This document shows positions 45,379 to 57,411 of a DNA stretch of 64,000 nucleotides, piece by piece. A program made the translations under genes and the position numbers. The DNA comes from Strigamia acuminata (lineage: Eukaryota), in contig OX442314.1 in the NCBI GenBank assembly GCA_949358305.1, positions 27,342,001 through 27,406,000 of the forward strand, in the 5' to 3' direction. Within the stretch, counting starts at the first letter, position 1. Each line of letters opens with the position of its first letter. The notes below the pieces were generated by a model. It searched no databases, was not told the origin of the DNA, and saw only the letters and a list, made by a program, of their open reading frames with translations.

Positions 45379-46924
45379 ATGGCGGCAAGTTGCATGTTTT
45401 TAAACCACCAAAACACGATAAACGAGATGTTTAAAAACTGTATCGACTTAAGAGCGTGTTCTCACGATTGTAAACTCGTCCACTCGACAAATTCTTACGA
45501 AATTAAGGAAGTATTTTTTGATATCCGATCAGAATACTTAATGGATACCCAAGCCTTGTCACGTGTTTGTAATCAACGACGTAAAAGAAGAAGAAAAATC
45601 GAGATAAAAGACGAATTTACGACTTATCACAAAGAGGTAATTTTATAAAATAAATAAAACCACATTCTTTTAATACACTGAATTACTTATTGAAGGTTTG
45701 CGAACTTATTGACAAGTGCGAACGATGTTGGAAACGTGAATGTCTCTCTGGTGAACCGAGTCGAGAAGAGATTTTATTGAATAATATTTTTGCCCGAATG
45801 GCGTCGAAAATAATTGATGACAACTGTAGCCTGTCGGAAATGTGTTCAAAAAATGCGATTGAGGATAACGAGCCTATAACTCGTAAAATAACAAGTATAA
45901 TGTTGAAACTATTCTACAAAATAATGTTTTTATTAACTAAATCTTCAAAATTTAGGTGACTGTCATGTTGAACAGAATCTAAACTTTGTAAATAAATTAA
46001 TAACACACGAAGAAGACTACGCGTGCGTTATCAAATGGGGTTCGAAGGATTTTTTACTCCCTGCAAACTCTTGCTTTTTATTATCAAACGATTTAAATCA
46101 TTTAATCAAAACGAAGAGGCAATTTGACGTCGTTATCATCGACCCCCCATGGAATAATAAAAGTCTGAAGAGGAAAAAATGGTTTGTAATTATAATTAAT
46201 TCATTTAAAATTGGTTAAATAATTTTCTTTTTAAATATTCAGTTATAACACGTCATCGGAAGTAGAATTTCTCAGTTTGCCGGTTCGAATTTTAGCGAAT
46301 AAAAGTTGCCTGGTGGGTGTGTGGACAACAAACAATAGTTATTTGATTAATTATGTGAAATCGCAAATGTTTCCTCATTGGGGCGTGGAATACATCACAG
46401 ATTGGCACTGGCTTAAAGTATTTTTAGCGAGAATTTGTAATTTTGGATTGATATTTACAGCTGTTAATTGGTTTTTAGGTGACGCGTTACGGAGAGTTTG
46501 TTGTCCCGTTGGATAATCATACAAAGAAACCGTACGAAAACTTAATTCTCGGTCGTGTAATGGGCTCGACGATAAACATACCAAAGGATTTGATTTTTGT
46601 CAGCGTTCCTAGTTGTTTTCATTCGCACAAACCACTGATCAAGGGTGAGAAAGAGATCAATGCGTTAATTGTAGGATATGCATTAGAATGTTTAATTTAT
46701 TTTTACTTAGATTTATTGAAGGATTTTGTTCCAGCGAAGGCGAAATATTTGGAAATATTCAGTCGTTCGCTTTGTTCAGGCTGGACCAGCTTCGGCGATG
46801 AGGTAGTAAACATACAATGTGTTCTGTGCAGTAGTTTTTTAATTTAATAGAATTCTGGTCTAACAAAACAATTCATTTCTAGGTACTAAAATTTCAACAA
46901 ATTGATCTATACGTCAAGAAATGA
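45379..46924 (+). CDS. METTL4: N6-adenine methyltransferase METTL4 (MT-A70 family)
   Basis: Spliced exons give FDVVIIDPPWNNKSLKRKK, VGVWTTN, WHWLKVTRYGEFV, KKPYENL, VSVPSCFHSHKP and LEIFSRSLCSGWTSFGDEVLKFQ; TGA at 46922-46924. Confidence 0.9.
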
Positions 46925-47417
46925 TAATTCATCGATTTCGAATGGAATAATGACCGCAAACAGTGAGCACTTACGAATTTATTTTTTTCGAAATATAAAT
47001 TTGCTGACTACAATTTTCAAAATATAATACAGGGGCGCCATGTTAGCTGCAAAACGTGTTAAAAGTGTACAAATATTACACGGATTCATTAGTATGTGCG
47101 AATAACTTTGCAGCAAGTGATAAAACATGACCCAATTGGTAGTTTGTGCATTACATAACTCATTGCACATTCACTCGGCATGCTATTATGGCCAAACTGA
47201 ATAATAATGTCCAAAAAGCATTGACAAAGACAAGTTTGCTTTCTGTGGTACGTCCGTAAGCTTAGGACAGGCGTCTGAAAGGTGTCAGGTCCAGCAGTGA
47301 TGCGTTTACACAATGTGAGGCTCCAAGGTGCTGGGTAACTTCGGGGTCCCACAGGCGAATTTACGGTCTGTAGGCCTTCTTAGCAGTCGTTTTCGGTGCT
47401 CTTCACACAGATGGTGA

Positions 47418-50400
47418 CTATTTTTTCTTTAATTTTAGTAACTTAGAAACCAGCTTTTGCATGAGTTGTGGAATTGCAAGAATAGAAAAGCCAAGCATCA
47501 GTGAAAAACAATTTCCAATGTCACAACACAGTGCAACTCCAGTGTAGGATAATACTTGTGAATACTCTTCAATTATGTTATTCAGTGGACTAAGACCAAG
47601 AACTTTGATTGGCCATGCTTCGGGATGTTGAAAGTGAACATATGTGTCAAACACTTGTTCTTCACAAAGTGGATGACAACCGCACTCGTTCATTACATTA
47701 GTAGTTAAAGATCTGTTCATGAACAATGCTAATGAAGTTTTAGCATCTGCAATATTGGTACAATCATCTTTTTTGATGTTGACCAAAAATGGTAACCTAA
47801 AAATATTTGAATAACATATTACAAACTACATAGTAGAACGTTTAGTACAAAGTTCGTAAATATCATTTCTTTAGTTTTTTTTCTATTTTGCTAAACAAAG
47901 AAAAACCGAACAAATGATACGTATGACAAATTTTTGCGTAAATACTAAAAGAAAAAATACTCACTTGCACTGAATTTCGTTATAAATCTTGTTGTCGTAG
48001 CAATCGTCTTGGCATCTTTTATGTTTGTCTCGGTCAAGGCAAGGTTGAGATTGTAAATTCAATCGGATGGTCTAAATTAAAACAATTGGTTAAGCAGTTT
48101 TGTTTACAATTGTCTGCAAACATACTTTAAGCATTTTGAATGTGAGAATGGTAAACGTATTTCTTTTAATAGATCTTCTGCTCTTGAGAATTGATGGAAT
48201 GGATGGGATTGTTGCTTCGCTTTGTTGAAAGTACACCTGCAGAAAGATAATTATATTTTATCGTAGTATTCAAGATCAGTTTGCTTCTGATGAAATAGCC
48301 TTGCAGTTAACTAAAATACAAGATGGTGCAGGTATATTTTATCTCTGTGCATTCTGCTAAGGTCTATAGTAAATTTCGGTGATCCATAATGACGGCGACG
48401 TTCGTACGCGCATACAGATGTTGCTAATATTCAAATGTGCGACGTCGTGGATACGAATTGTTTCATCATGTAAATCCGCGACTTCGAGGTGCATTTATAC
48501 GCGCATACGGCATTATTTAGTTTGATTATGACAGTAAGTTTGTGCAGTTAGCTAAGCGCCTGAGTGCTGTGCAAGATCAACAGTTGATGACAAATGGAAT
48601 TCATTCATTACTTCGTATTCATCTGGCTTACAGATTTGACGCTTGTTTGGTCGAAAACTAAAAAATATTACTGTAGCAACACCAGCATAAGTTAGTGGAC
48701 CTAAGAAAACAATGTCGTTTTAGTCGTTCTCTAACTTTTGCACAAATTTTTAATTACGCATATGAGATTGATAGCATGTTCCTGTGTGCATTGGTATTTT
48801 GCTCCAAGATACATTCGATCTAAATCCTGTGTTCTGATAAGAAAATACTTTTTACCGGTGTATATAATTTTCTTAAGTTTGGTTGAATTTGATTAAAGGC
48901 ACGAGTTTCATCTAGCACTCACATTTTATCTAATGGGTTATGCCTTTTGAGTCAATGGCATTGATCCCTCAATGCTTATTGACACAACAGACATTTTTAA
49001 ATATCGAACCAAACACTCACACTTGCAGCAAATTCCATGATGACCTTATCCATTACGGGTGTTTGAAATCTCCATACATCTTCCATCGATGATTTTTTCC
49101 CTCTGATAGTCTTATTCATTAAATCAATGAAGTGAATTTTACATTCTGGAATGCCTGTAGTGTTGGCATATTGGCTTCTGTAGTGTGTCATTAAGGGTCC
49201 GTCCATACATGCAATTACGTTGGGCAAATATAATGTGTCATTTTCTTGAATAGTTACTACATATCTTGTCGGTTCGCTCAAATATAATGTGATTCTTTCT
49301 TTGCTTACATAAACCGCTAGTAAGCCGGAAATAAAAACAAGAATACGATACAACGTTCGTTGAAGCTTGGGCGAAGTTTCCATTGTCTTTTTCTTCAAAT
49401 TTTCCGATTTGATTTGATTAACAATTTTGGTTTTTATCTGAGCTTGTAGTCGAACAGGTCTGATATAATTGCAGAAGAGGAGCAAACCAAAGTGTACAAT
49501 TTCGATTATAGAGAGGAGAGACAATCCCAAGCAAAATCCTAGGTTGCCACCCAAATCGATCACCAAATTCGGAATTTTGTAAATGTAGATTTCTGTCATT
49601 CTGACAAATGTTTCTTCCATCACTTTAAAATTTATACTTGCTAAATCTTTACTACTGGGTTCATCTTCAAAATCTAACAATGAAAGATGAATAATTTTGT
49701 TATAATTACACATCAAAATGATAATGTTTGACTTAACTAGTATCGGTGTGCATTACTAGGAGATAAACTCTTGTTTGACAAGGTCTTAAGCAACCACATT
49801 CAATTGTTGCCAGCGTGGATGTTTCGGGTTTATATGAGTTTTCATACACTTGAGCCACGATTGATTTGTTTGCTTCCAAACTGCAGTCTGGCAGATTTTT
49901 GTCAGCCATGTAAGGCAACCTAAGCTTAAGTTAACAATCTATTAGCATACTAATGAATGATCAATGTGTACTTTAGGTAAGTTTAAACCTGCACTTTGGA
50001 TCGGTTTTGAGATTTTGCTTGGTCACACACTCTTTATAACATTCGGTCTGCTTCTCCAGGCTGGGCTCACAGTAGGGGTTTCTTGAAGGCAAAAATTGAT
50101 ACTTGCAGGAAAGAAATACAATTTTACTATTTTAGTTATATGTATTGATTTACAAATCAAATGTATTATAAATGCATAAAGATAACTAATTATGCAACGC
50201 GATTCACAGTTGAATAAGCTGCAAGAAATATACGAGCAAGCAATTATAACTCACTTGACGCAAAATAAATGAAATTTTAATTTCAATTCCCATCTGCGTT
50301 GTCATGGTATATCTATACGGCATGACACCATCCTTCGGAGACATCTAGTATTAAATTGTGTTATGTATATTATATTACTTTTACACTATACTCTTGTTCG

Positions 50401-53009
50401 ACTCAAATATCAAAAGGGTGGCCTTCTCCTATTGGCCGAGCCGTATCACTGGTATAGTGCTCCAAAAATATAGACCCAAACACCAGAAATGCATTACAAT
50501 GTACAGACATTGTAATCGATTGCCTACGTAACAGCCAAAATTTCAAAACTGTTTGCTTTCCAGACAAAGCCACCAATAAACAGAACAAACATGAGTTTTA
50601 CATTTATATGTGCATAAAACTTTATTTTCTAAATGGAAATAACATTTTATAATAAAATACAATTAAAGTTATATCAATTTAAATGGTCATAATAATCTAA
50701 AAAATAAATAAAAATAAAAACTATTTCTCCTAGTGGTAGTAATACAGACTGGATTTAGGAGTAATGCGGCTCGGCCAATGGGAGAAGGCCACCCTTTTGA
50801 GTCGAACAAGAGTATAGCTGCATTTAAAAAAATCATGTTTCAAATGTTGTAGGTGTTTGTTTTTCTTATTCTTTTTTTGACATCAGAAATCAAAAACACA
50901 AACACATACAGTGGTCGCCAAAGGTTTAGCACCACTACTGTCATTTGCACTATTTAGTGCTTTCAGATACAAAATATGAATTTGGCATTAAATTCTGCTC
51001 TGAGAAAATGCTAAAACATTTAAACAAATCATACATTGTAATTAACAATAGTAATTTTTATTGTTTGTATGCAAATTGTTGCTGGACAAACGTTCAGAAA
51101 ATCATTGTTGATTTGAACAACACATTTAAATATTTTGTTTGCTAACCGACTAATAAGCAATCAGCTTATTAGTCGATTCGTCAAATCATGACGAATCGAT
51201 TTTGACAAAATGAACTGACCATAATCATTGGTGCTTTACAGGTCCCATTTTTCTTAAAGACGGCATTAAATTTTCTGTTTAGAGCTAGTTTGTTTATAAT
51301 ATTTTGTTTGCTAACCGACTAATAAGCAATCAGCTTATTAGTCGATTCGTCAAATCATGACGAATCGATTTTGACAAAATGAACTGACCATAATCATTGG
51401 TGCTTTACAGGTCCCATTTTTCTTAAAGACGGCATTAAATTTTCTGTTTAGAGCTAGTTTTACATCTAAAAAAATAGCTTACTCAAAAATTATATAAACA
51501 GACAAGATAATTATCGTATATTAATTTTACCTGTTGTTATAATTAGTGTACGGCCAAAAACATAATCGTTGTATTTTAATGCAAATGTTTTATCTTGATT
51601 TGTATAATTGCCACTTTTTATCTTAGTGCCAAGTAACACAGTTTTGCCCTTAAAAAAAGTTATTGGCAAGTTATTGGAAACAATATTTGTTAATACGGCT
51701 TTCTTAGGTATCCAAAAGAACAGTATACAGGGTGTCCCAAATGAACGAAGCCAGTCAAGTAACGAAAAGACCATTTGAGTGAGATGAATGAAACGAATGT
51801 AGTACTAGTAAACTAAGTGAGGGCATTTCAAAAATGTGAGACAATTTGACCTCTGACCTTTTCTTCAAAGTCATTCCTACTCTAACTTCTAAACTAAGAC
51901 TGGTAGAGCAAAATTCTCAATTGAAAAAAGAAAGAGCACATTCTGTTTAGTAGAAAACTGCTTATCAAATTTACTCCGACACAATAACAGATAAAATTAC
52001 GAAAAAAATAAATCGTGAGAAAGTCAAAACATTCCAAGAAAAGTGCTTTATTTTGCTGACATTCTAAGTACTACTTCAAATTACTATGGAGTCATGAATT
52101 GTTATTAATTTAACTGATATTTTAAATGATATTTCACAAATAAAATTATGAAAAAGTCAAAAAATACAAAAACGAAAACCAAGATCAAGACTATTTCATG
52201 ATTTATTTTTTTTGTAATTTTATCTGTTATTGTGTCGGAGTAAATTTGATGAGTAGTTTCTACTAAACAGAAGGTGCTCTTTCTTTTTTCAATTAAGAAT
52301 TTGCTCTACCAGTCTTAGTTTAGAAGTTAGAGTTGGAATGCCCTTGAATAAAAGGTCAGAGATTAAATTTTTTCACATTTTTGAAATGCCCTTAGTTAGT
52401 TTACTAGTACTACATTTGCTTCATTCATCTCACTCAAATGGTCTTTTCGTTATTTGACTGGCTTCGTTCATTTGGGACACCCTGTATATAATTTCTTTTT
52501 AAATTGCATAAAGGAATAAGGTAACTGGCCTGTTTGATTTTGAGGTGCTGCATATTTTCTGATATATTGGAATGTTCCCACAAGTTTGTATAATTTTCAA
52601 CCTTGACTTGCTGTGAGATGATTCCTCTCACTGGGATCCTGCAAGCTTTCATTAACTCTTGTGCACCATCAATTGTATTAGGTTCTGGTATTTTGTCCCA
52701 GTACTTCGACATCAATGGAGTGTCAAGAGCCACGAGTCTCACTTCAGGGAATCTGTTTTCCTGTATTGGAACAAACTCAATTTCAACTTTGTAATTTCCA
52801 GACATGTAGAAGCGAAATCTTTCCCAAGTTTGATAGCTGAAGATGCCGAAACAAACGACCAAACCAAGCAACCAAATGAAACGAAGTATTCCAGTGTTCT
52901 CGAGAACTTGGTTTATAAATTGAAAACTATCTTTGCCCGTCAGTGAAGTTTGCATTTCTTGTTGCACATATTGGCGAATACAGTTACGGGTCCGACGAAT
53001 AAGCAACAT
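47418..53009 (-). CDS. DEG/ENaC (pickpocket/ASIC-like) channel gene encoding two subunits fused in one 824-aa polypeptide
   Basis: Exons 53009-52530, 51648-51531, 51465-51389, 50344-50255, 50101-49989, 49919-49738, 49673-49021, 48833-48758, 48700-48612, 48236-48126, 48071-47965 and 47796-47418 are all phase-compatible (2475 nt). Unit 1: TM1 RFIWLLGLVVCFGIFSYQ, FPEV, Cys-rich thumb ECGCLRPC, TM2 DLGGNLGFCLGLSLLSIIE. Unit 2: TM1 RILVFISGLLAVYV, LPNVIAC, GTCY, ECGCHPLCEE, TM2 DIGNCFSLMLGFSILAI. Confidence 0.8.
50391..50812. mobile_element. TA-flanked MITE (TIR CTCTTGTTCGACTCAAA...AAGGGTGGCCTTCTCC)
   Basis: About 55-bp imperfect TIRs, TATA on both sides; intronic. Confidence 0.75.
51129..51460. 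repeat. Tandem duplication (period 169 bp) covering most of DEG/ENaC exon 3 and a double hairpin
   Basis: 51129-51291 is repeated at 51298-51460. Confidence 0.9.
51728..52484. mobile_element. Tc1/mariner-like MITE (TIR CAGGGTGTCCCAAATGAACG..., ~300-bp arms)
   Basis: Long imperfect TIRs, TA TSD, CAGGGTG terminus; lies in the first intron of the DEG/ENaC gene. Confidence 0.85.
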
Positions 53010-54390
53010 TCTAGGAGCCGTTATTTTTCTTCAAATCAACTTTAAAAGCTAAAACTACATAACAGTTTAACGTTGATGGTACTTAAATGATGAAAACTAA
53101 TTATATTTTAAATTAACTTTTGTATTTGGAAATAATTTTAAATTAATTTAATTTCTTTTTCACACGAACTTAAAATGATTATGGTTGTAAAACTCCGCAA
53201 GTTAATTTGTTTCCAATTTAATGTTTTCTAAGGCAATGACTCTTTTCAATTTGTCAACAGCAATGAAAGGAACTAAAGTCATTAAAGTTTAATGAAATAT
53301 TGACATTTCAATACTATAAGCTGAATTTATGATGGAAGTTTGCGAGATAGGAGTCAGTTCATATCATTTTTTACCAAAAAGTTTTGAAAGTATAAGTAAG
53401 TCGCCACGGTCATTTATTTTGTCGCGTCCTTTGCAGGTAATGTTAAATAACCGTGGTTTGTTTTACCTGATCCTTTCTACCAAAATAATTATCTACAATA
53501 TACTAAAAGGAATAAAGTGTTTGTGACGGGTGCAGTCTTGTCCATAGCAACCTGGGGATTGATTACTATGGGTGGGACTAGACCTCACGAAATAATGGAG
53601 ACAGTGATTTCGGATTGTTGGGTTTTGGTCTTTAATCCGTTGTCTAGGGGTCGGAGTTCCTATCACCCCTTAGGGCCACACCCGCAACCGACCCGTCACA
53701 CCCAGAGTGTTTGCCCGTGAGTGACGTGGTCTGATAATACTGTTGCATATATGATGTGTGCAACTCTGACTGCAGGAATGCAGTCGTCATGTTTGTCTTC
53801 CTATTTGGGCATGAAAGCCCAAGAGAAAGTAAGACGTGTTATCTGAGTGAGATTTTGGAGTCGATTAGTTTATTTATTCCATTAAGAATGGTTGGTTGCC
53901 TCATGTACGGTTGCCTAGGAGAATCCTAGGCAACCGTACATGATTGTTGTTAGTCAAAATGAAGTGTGTAATACACAACATGCCTTCCCCCTGTAATAAT
54001 GTTACAAGGGAAAGGCAGTGCGAATGGTGGCTTGGCGTCCTGCGACGGGTGTAGTGTCCCACGATGAGCGGCGACGTAACAATTTTACTTTATGGGCCAC
54101 CTCTCAGATCATTTACAAAATTTGGTTTTAGGGGTAACCAAGGGTGGGAAAAGGAATGGCGTTGACGGTTTTGGGGGCAAACGAAAACGGAAGTAGAAAA
54201 CAACAGTTTAATGACCAACGATTAACATCAGATTTTTGCTTTCACATTTTTAAAATGTTAATTTTATTGTTAGCAGTCAGTCATTTTCTCCCCAGCATTG
54301 TTATCCACGTGCGCTCTGATTGTCAACCATCTTTGTTTTTGCATCAGTTTTACACCTGATTTCATGTAATAAAAACGTTTCATTTCACTC

Positions 54391-54556
54391 TGTCGTGATT
54401 TGATATGTATCCGCGCCACTAGATGGCGCTACGTATGGTGACACCTGGCGCCGGTGTTTACCTGCGTTGATTACCTGGAATAAAAGCTCAGTTGAATTTA
54501 GTACATCATACCAACCATTGTGTCCTTATTTTGTCTGCTAAATACAGGATACGACA
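54391..54556 (+). repeat. 5' LTR (166 bp) of a Ty3/gypsy element
   Basis: TGTCGT...ACGACA termini, AATAAA at 54479, followed by PBS TGGCGACGAGGAT (54558-54570), complementary to the 3' end of tRNA-Ser(GCU). Confidence 0.85.
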
Positions 54557-54685
54557 TTGGCGACGAGGATTAAAGCAATGAGAATCCGTTGACATCAAAC
54601 ACTGGACTTGTAAACCATCAATTTGAGTAGGGTGAGTGTGTTTGCAAAGTGGGCGTGGTCGTGTCTACACGAATTTTTCAAGAAA

Positions 54686-57411
54686 ATGGCCACCAATTTA
54701 ATTTACCGAGTGTTGCGAATTTCGATATATCCGAGGGTAATTTGGAGAAGTGGAGCCAAGCTTTTGGCTATTATTTGATTGCGGCGAGAGTGGGCGAAGC
54801 TCAGAAGTTGGCAACGCTGCTGCACCTCGCTGGAAGCGCCGTGCAGGACATTTTCGATACATTTGAGCCGGCGAATAAAGCGACGTACGATTTGGCCGAG
54901 GCCGCGTTGGCCGTTTATTTCAACCCACGGAAGAATTTGCGGTTCGAACGGCACACATTTTGACAGCAAACGCAAGAGCCCGGTGAACAAATGGACGCCT
55001 ACGTGACGCGTTTAAAAACAATGGTAAAAAGCTGTGAATTTGGGGTTTTGGAAGAAGATTTAATCGTCGATCAAGTGCTGGAAAAAGGCCGCGATAAAGG
55101 CTTGCGGCGGCGCTTGCTGCGCGAAACAAATTTGACTTTAGATTCGTTGTTAACGTTGGCTCGTTCGTCGGAAGCAAGTGAACGACACGCAACAGCGATG
55201 GAACGCACAGCAACGGAGAACATCAAGGAAAACCTCGTAAATCAGCTGGGTGAGAAAAAACAGTTTTTTAAAAATTGCGGAAATAGTAGGGGGCGTGGCA
55301 CATTTCGAAAATCCAACTCGAAGCCGCAAAACACGGACGATAGACGGGAAAACAAACCTCAAGGAGTGAAAGAATGCTATCGGTGTGGCCACAAGGACCA
55401 TCTGGCGAATGATTGCACCGTTGCTAAGAACAAGGAGTGCGGATTTTGCCATAAACTGGGCCATTTTGCCAAAGTTTGCAGGTTGAAGAGCGCCGGAGGT
55501 CGTGCACGAGGAAAGGACCGTGTCCAATACGTCGGTGTCAACGAATACGACTATGACAGCGAGTACTCGTGTTGCTTAACGTCTCAGAGACGGGATAATG
55601 GCGTGACCGTCAGAATCGAACAAGAGGTAAAATTTTTGATTGATTCGGGTTCGTCGGTAAATACAGTTGATCAGAAGACGCGGACATTATTGAAAAAGAA
55701 AGGAATTAAACTGACACCAACAAAGACGAGATTGTTTGCGTATGGAGTGAATGAACCGTTAGTAGTTAGTGGGGAATTTAATGCACAAGTGCAAACCGCG
55801 AAGAAATCTTTGAATACGAGATTTTTGGTCGTGCCGTCGGGAAAATTGCCGTTATTGTCTCGGAAAACATCCGAAGATTTGGGATTTTTGAAAATCGATG
55901 AAGAAATTGTGAATGAAATTAATAATGATGATAATTCTTTATTTGATGAGTCTGTAGGAAAACTACGAAAGGACTTGGCCAATCGAATTACGAAATTCCG
56001 AGATGTTTTCAAGGGAATAGGAAAACTAAAAGAGTTTGAATTGGAACTTTAAATCGACCCGGACGTGCGACCAGTGGCACAATCAGTGCGGCGGATACCA
56101 TTCCATATCCGTAAACAATTAGATATTGAAATTGACAATTTATTACAACAGGATATTATCGAGCCAGTTACGGGGGCAACGGACTGGGTTTCACCCGTCG
56201 TACCTGTGAAAAAGCCTGATGGCTCGATACGCATTTGTTTGGATATGCGTGCAGTCAACGAGGCCGTCAAGAGGAACCGCCATCCACTTCCCACCATGGA
56301 GGAGGTCCTCGACGAAATCGACGGCGCTGAGGTTATTTCAAAACTGGATTGTCGTCAGGGATACCTGCAGATCCCTCTCAAAGAAGATTCGCGACGTTAT
56401 ACGGTGTTCGTCACACACCGTGGCCTTTTTAGGTACAAAAGACTTTTTTTCGGAATAGCAAGTGCGCCGGAGGAGTACCAACGCATCGTGCAGAATATTT
56501 TGGCCGACTGCGAGGGCACGAGGAATTTGTTGGACGATATCGTCGTGCATGGGCGGACGGCAGCGGAACACGACGAGCGTTTGGAGAAGGTTTTCGAGAC
56601 GTTGTCTCGAAATGGTTTGACATTAAATCTCAAAAAGTGTTGTTTTGGGGTATCGAAATTGACTTTTCTTGGCCATGTTATTTCTAGAAGTGGAATTTCA
56701 GTGGCGGAATCGAAGGTGGAAGCTGTGCGAAATGCCGTAGCACCCAGGAATGAAACTGAAATTCGAAGTTTCTTGGGGCTAATTAATTATTGCGCCAGAT
56801 TTATCCCTAATTTCGCGACGGAGGCAGAGCCACTGCGACTAATGGCCAGGAAAGACGTTGCATTCGAATGGGGAAAACGCCAGAACGACGCATTCGAGCG
56901 ATTGAAGGGACTTTTATGCAGTTCGGACGTGTTGGCGTTTTTCCGAAAAAACGTCGAGACTGAATTGATCGTCGACGCGTCGCCCGGTGGGCTTGGAGCC
57001 GTGTTGCTCCAACGTCAGGTCGACGGGGCCATGAAGCCAATTGCGTTCGCGAGCCGAACGTTGTCAGATGTTGAACGCCGTTATTCGCAGACCGAGAAGG
57101 AGGGGCTCGCAGTCGTTTGGGGCTGCGAGCGCTTCAGAATGTATTTAATCGGCATGCCATTTCTCCTTATTACAGACCACAAAGCCCTCGTGACCATTTA
57201 TGGGACCAGATCCAAGCCATCAGCGAGGATGGAAAGATGGGTCTTGAGACTGCAGCCTTTCGAATTCACGATTCGTCACCGGCCCGGCAGCGCGAAAATT
57301 GCGGACGCGCTCTCTCGTTTGCTGCCGGCCGGAGAAGGGAAAAGTGTTTTTGGACGAACAGAGGGACACGTGCGGTTTATTGTTGAAAGTGCCTTGTTAA
57401 AGGCAATGACT
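54686..57411 (+). pseudogene. gag-pol polyprotein pseudogene
   Basis: Probable ATG at 54686 is out of frame with gag; in-frame stops TGA 54961-54963 and TAA 56050-56052; truncated by the nested insertion. Confidence 0.85.

Larger units (their letters stand above)
54391..57411 (+). mobile_element. Decayed Ty3/gypsy LTR retrotransposon, Mag-like; interrupted after RNase H
   Basis: LTR, PBS, gag with two CCHC knuckles (CYRCGHKDHLANDC, CGFCHKLGHFAKVC), protease FLIDSGS, RT (WVSPVV, IRICLDMR, LFFGIASAP, LLDD) and RNase H (VDAS, EKEGLAVVWG, TDHKAL). No integrase before the insertion at 57412. Confidence 0.92.

Noticed and set aside
54961..56052. Programmed stop-codon readthrough at TGA 54961 and TAA 56050
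   Set aside because: One stop is mid-gag (likely CGA to TGA) and the other lies between protease and RT; with the 5' frameshift and truncation, decay is the simpler explanation.
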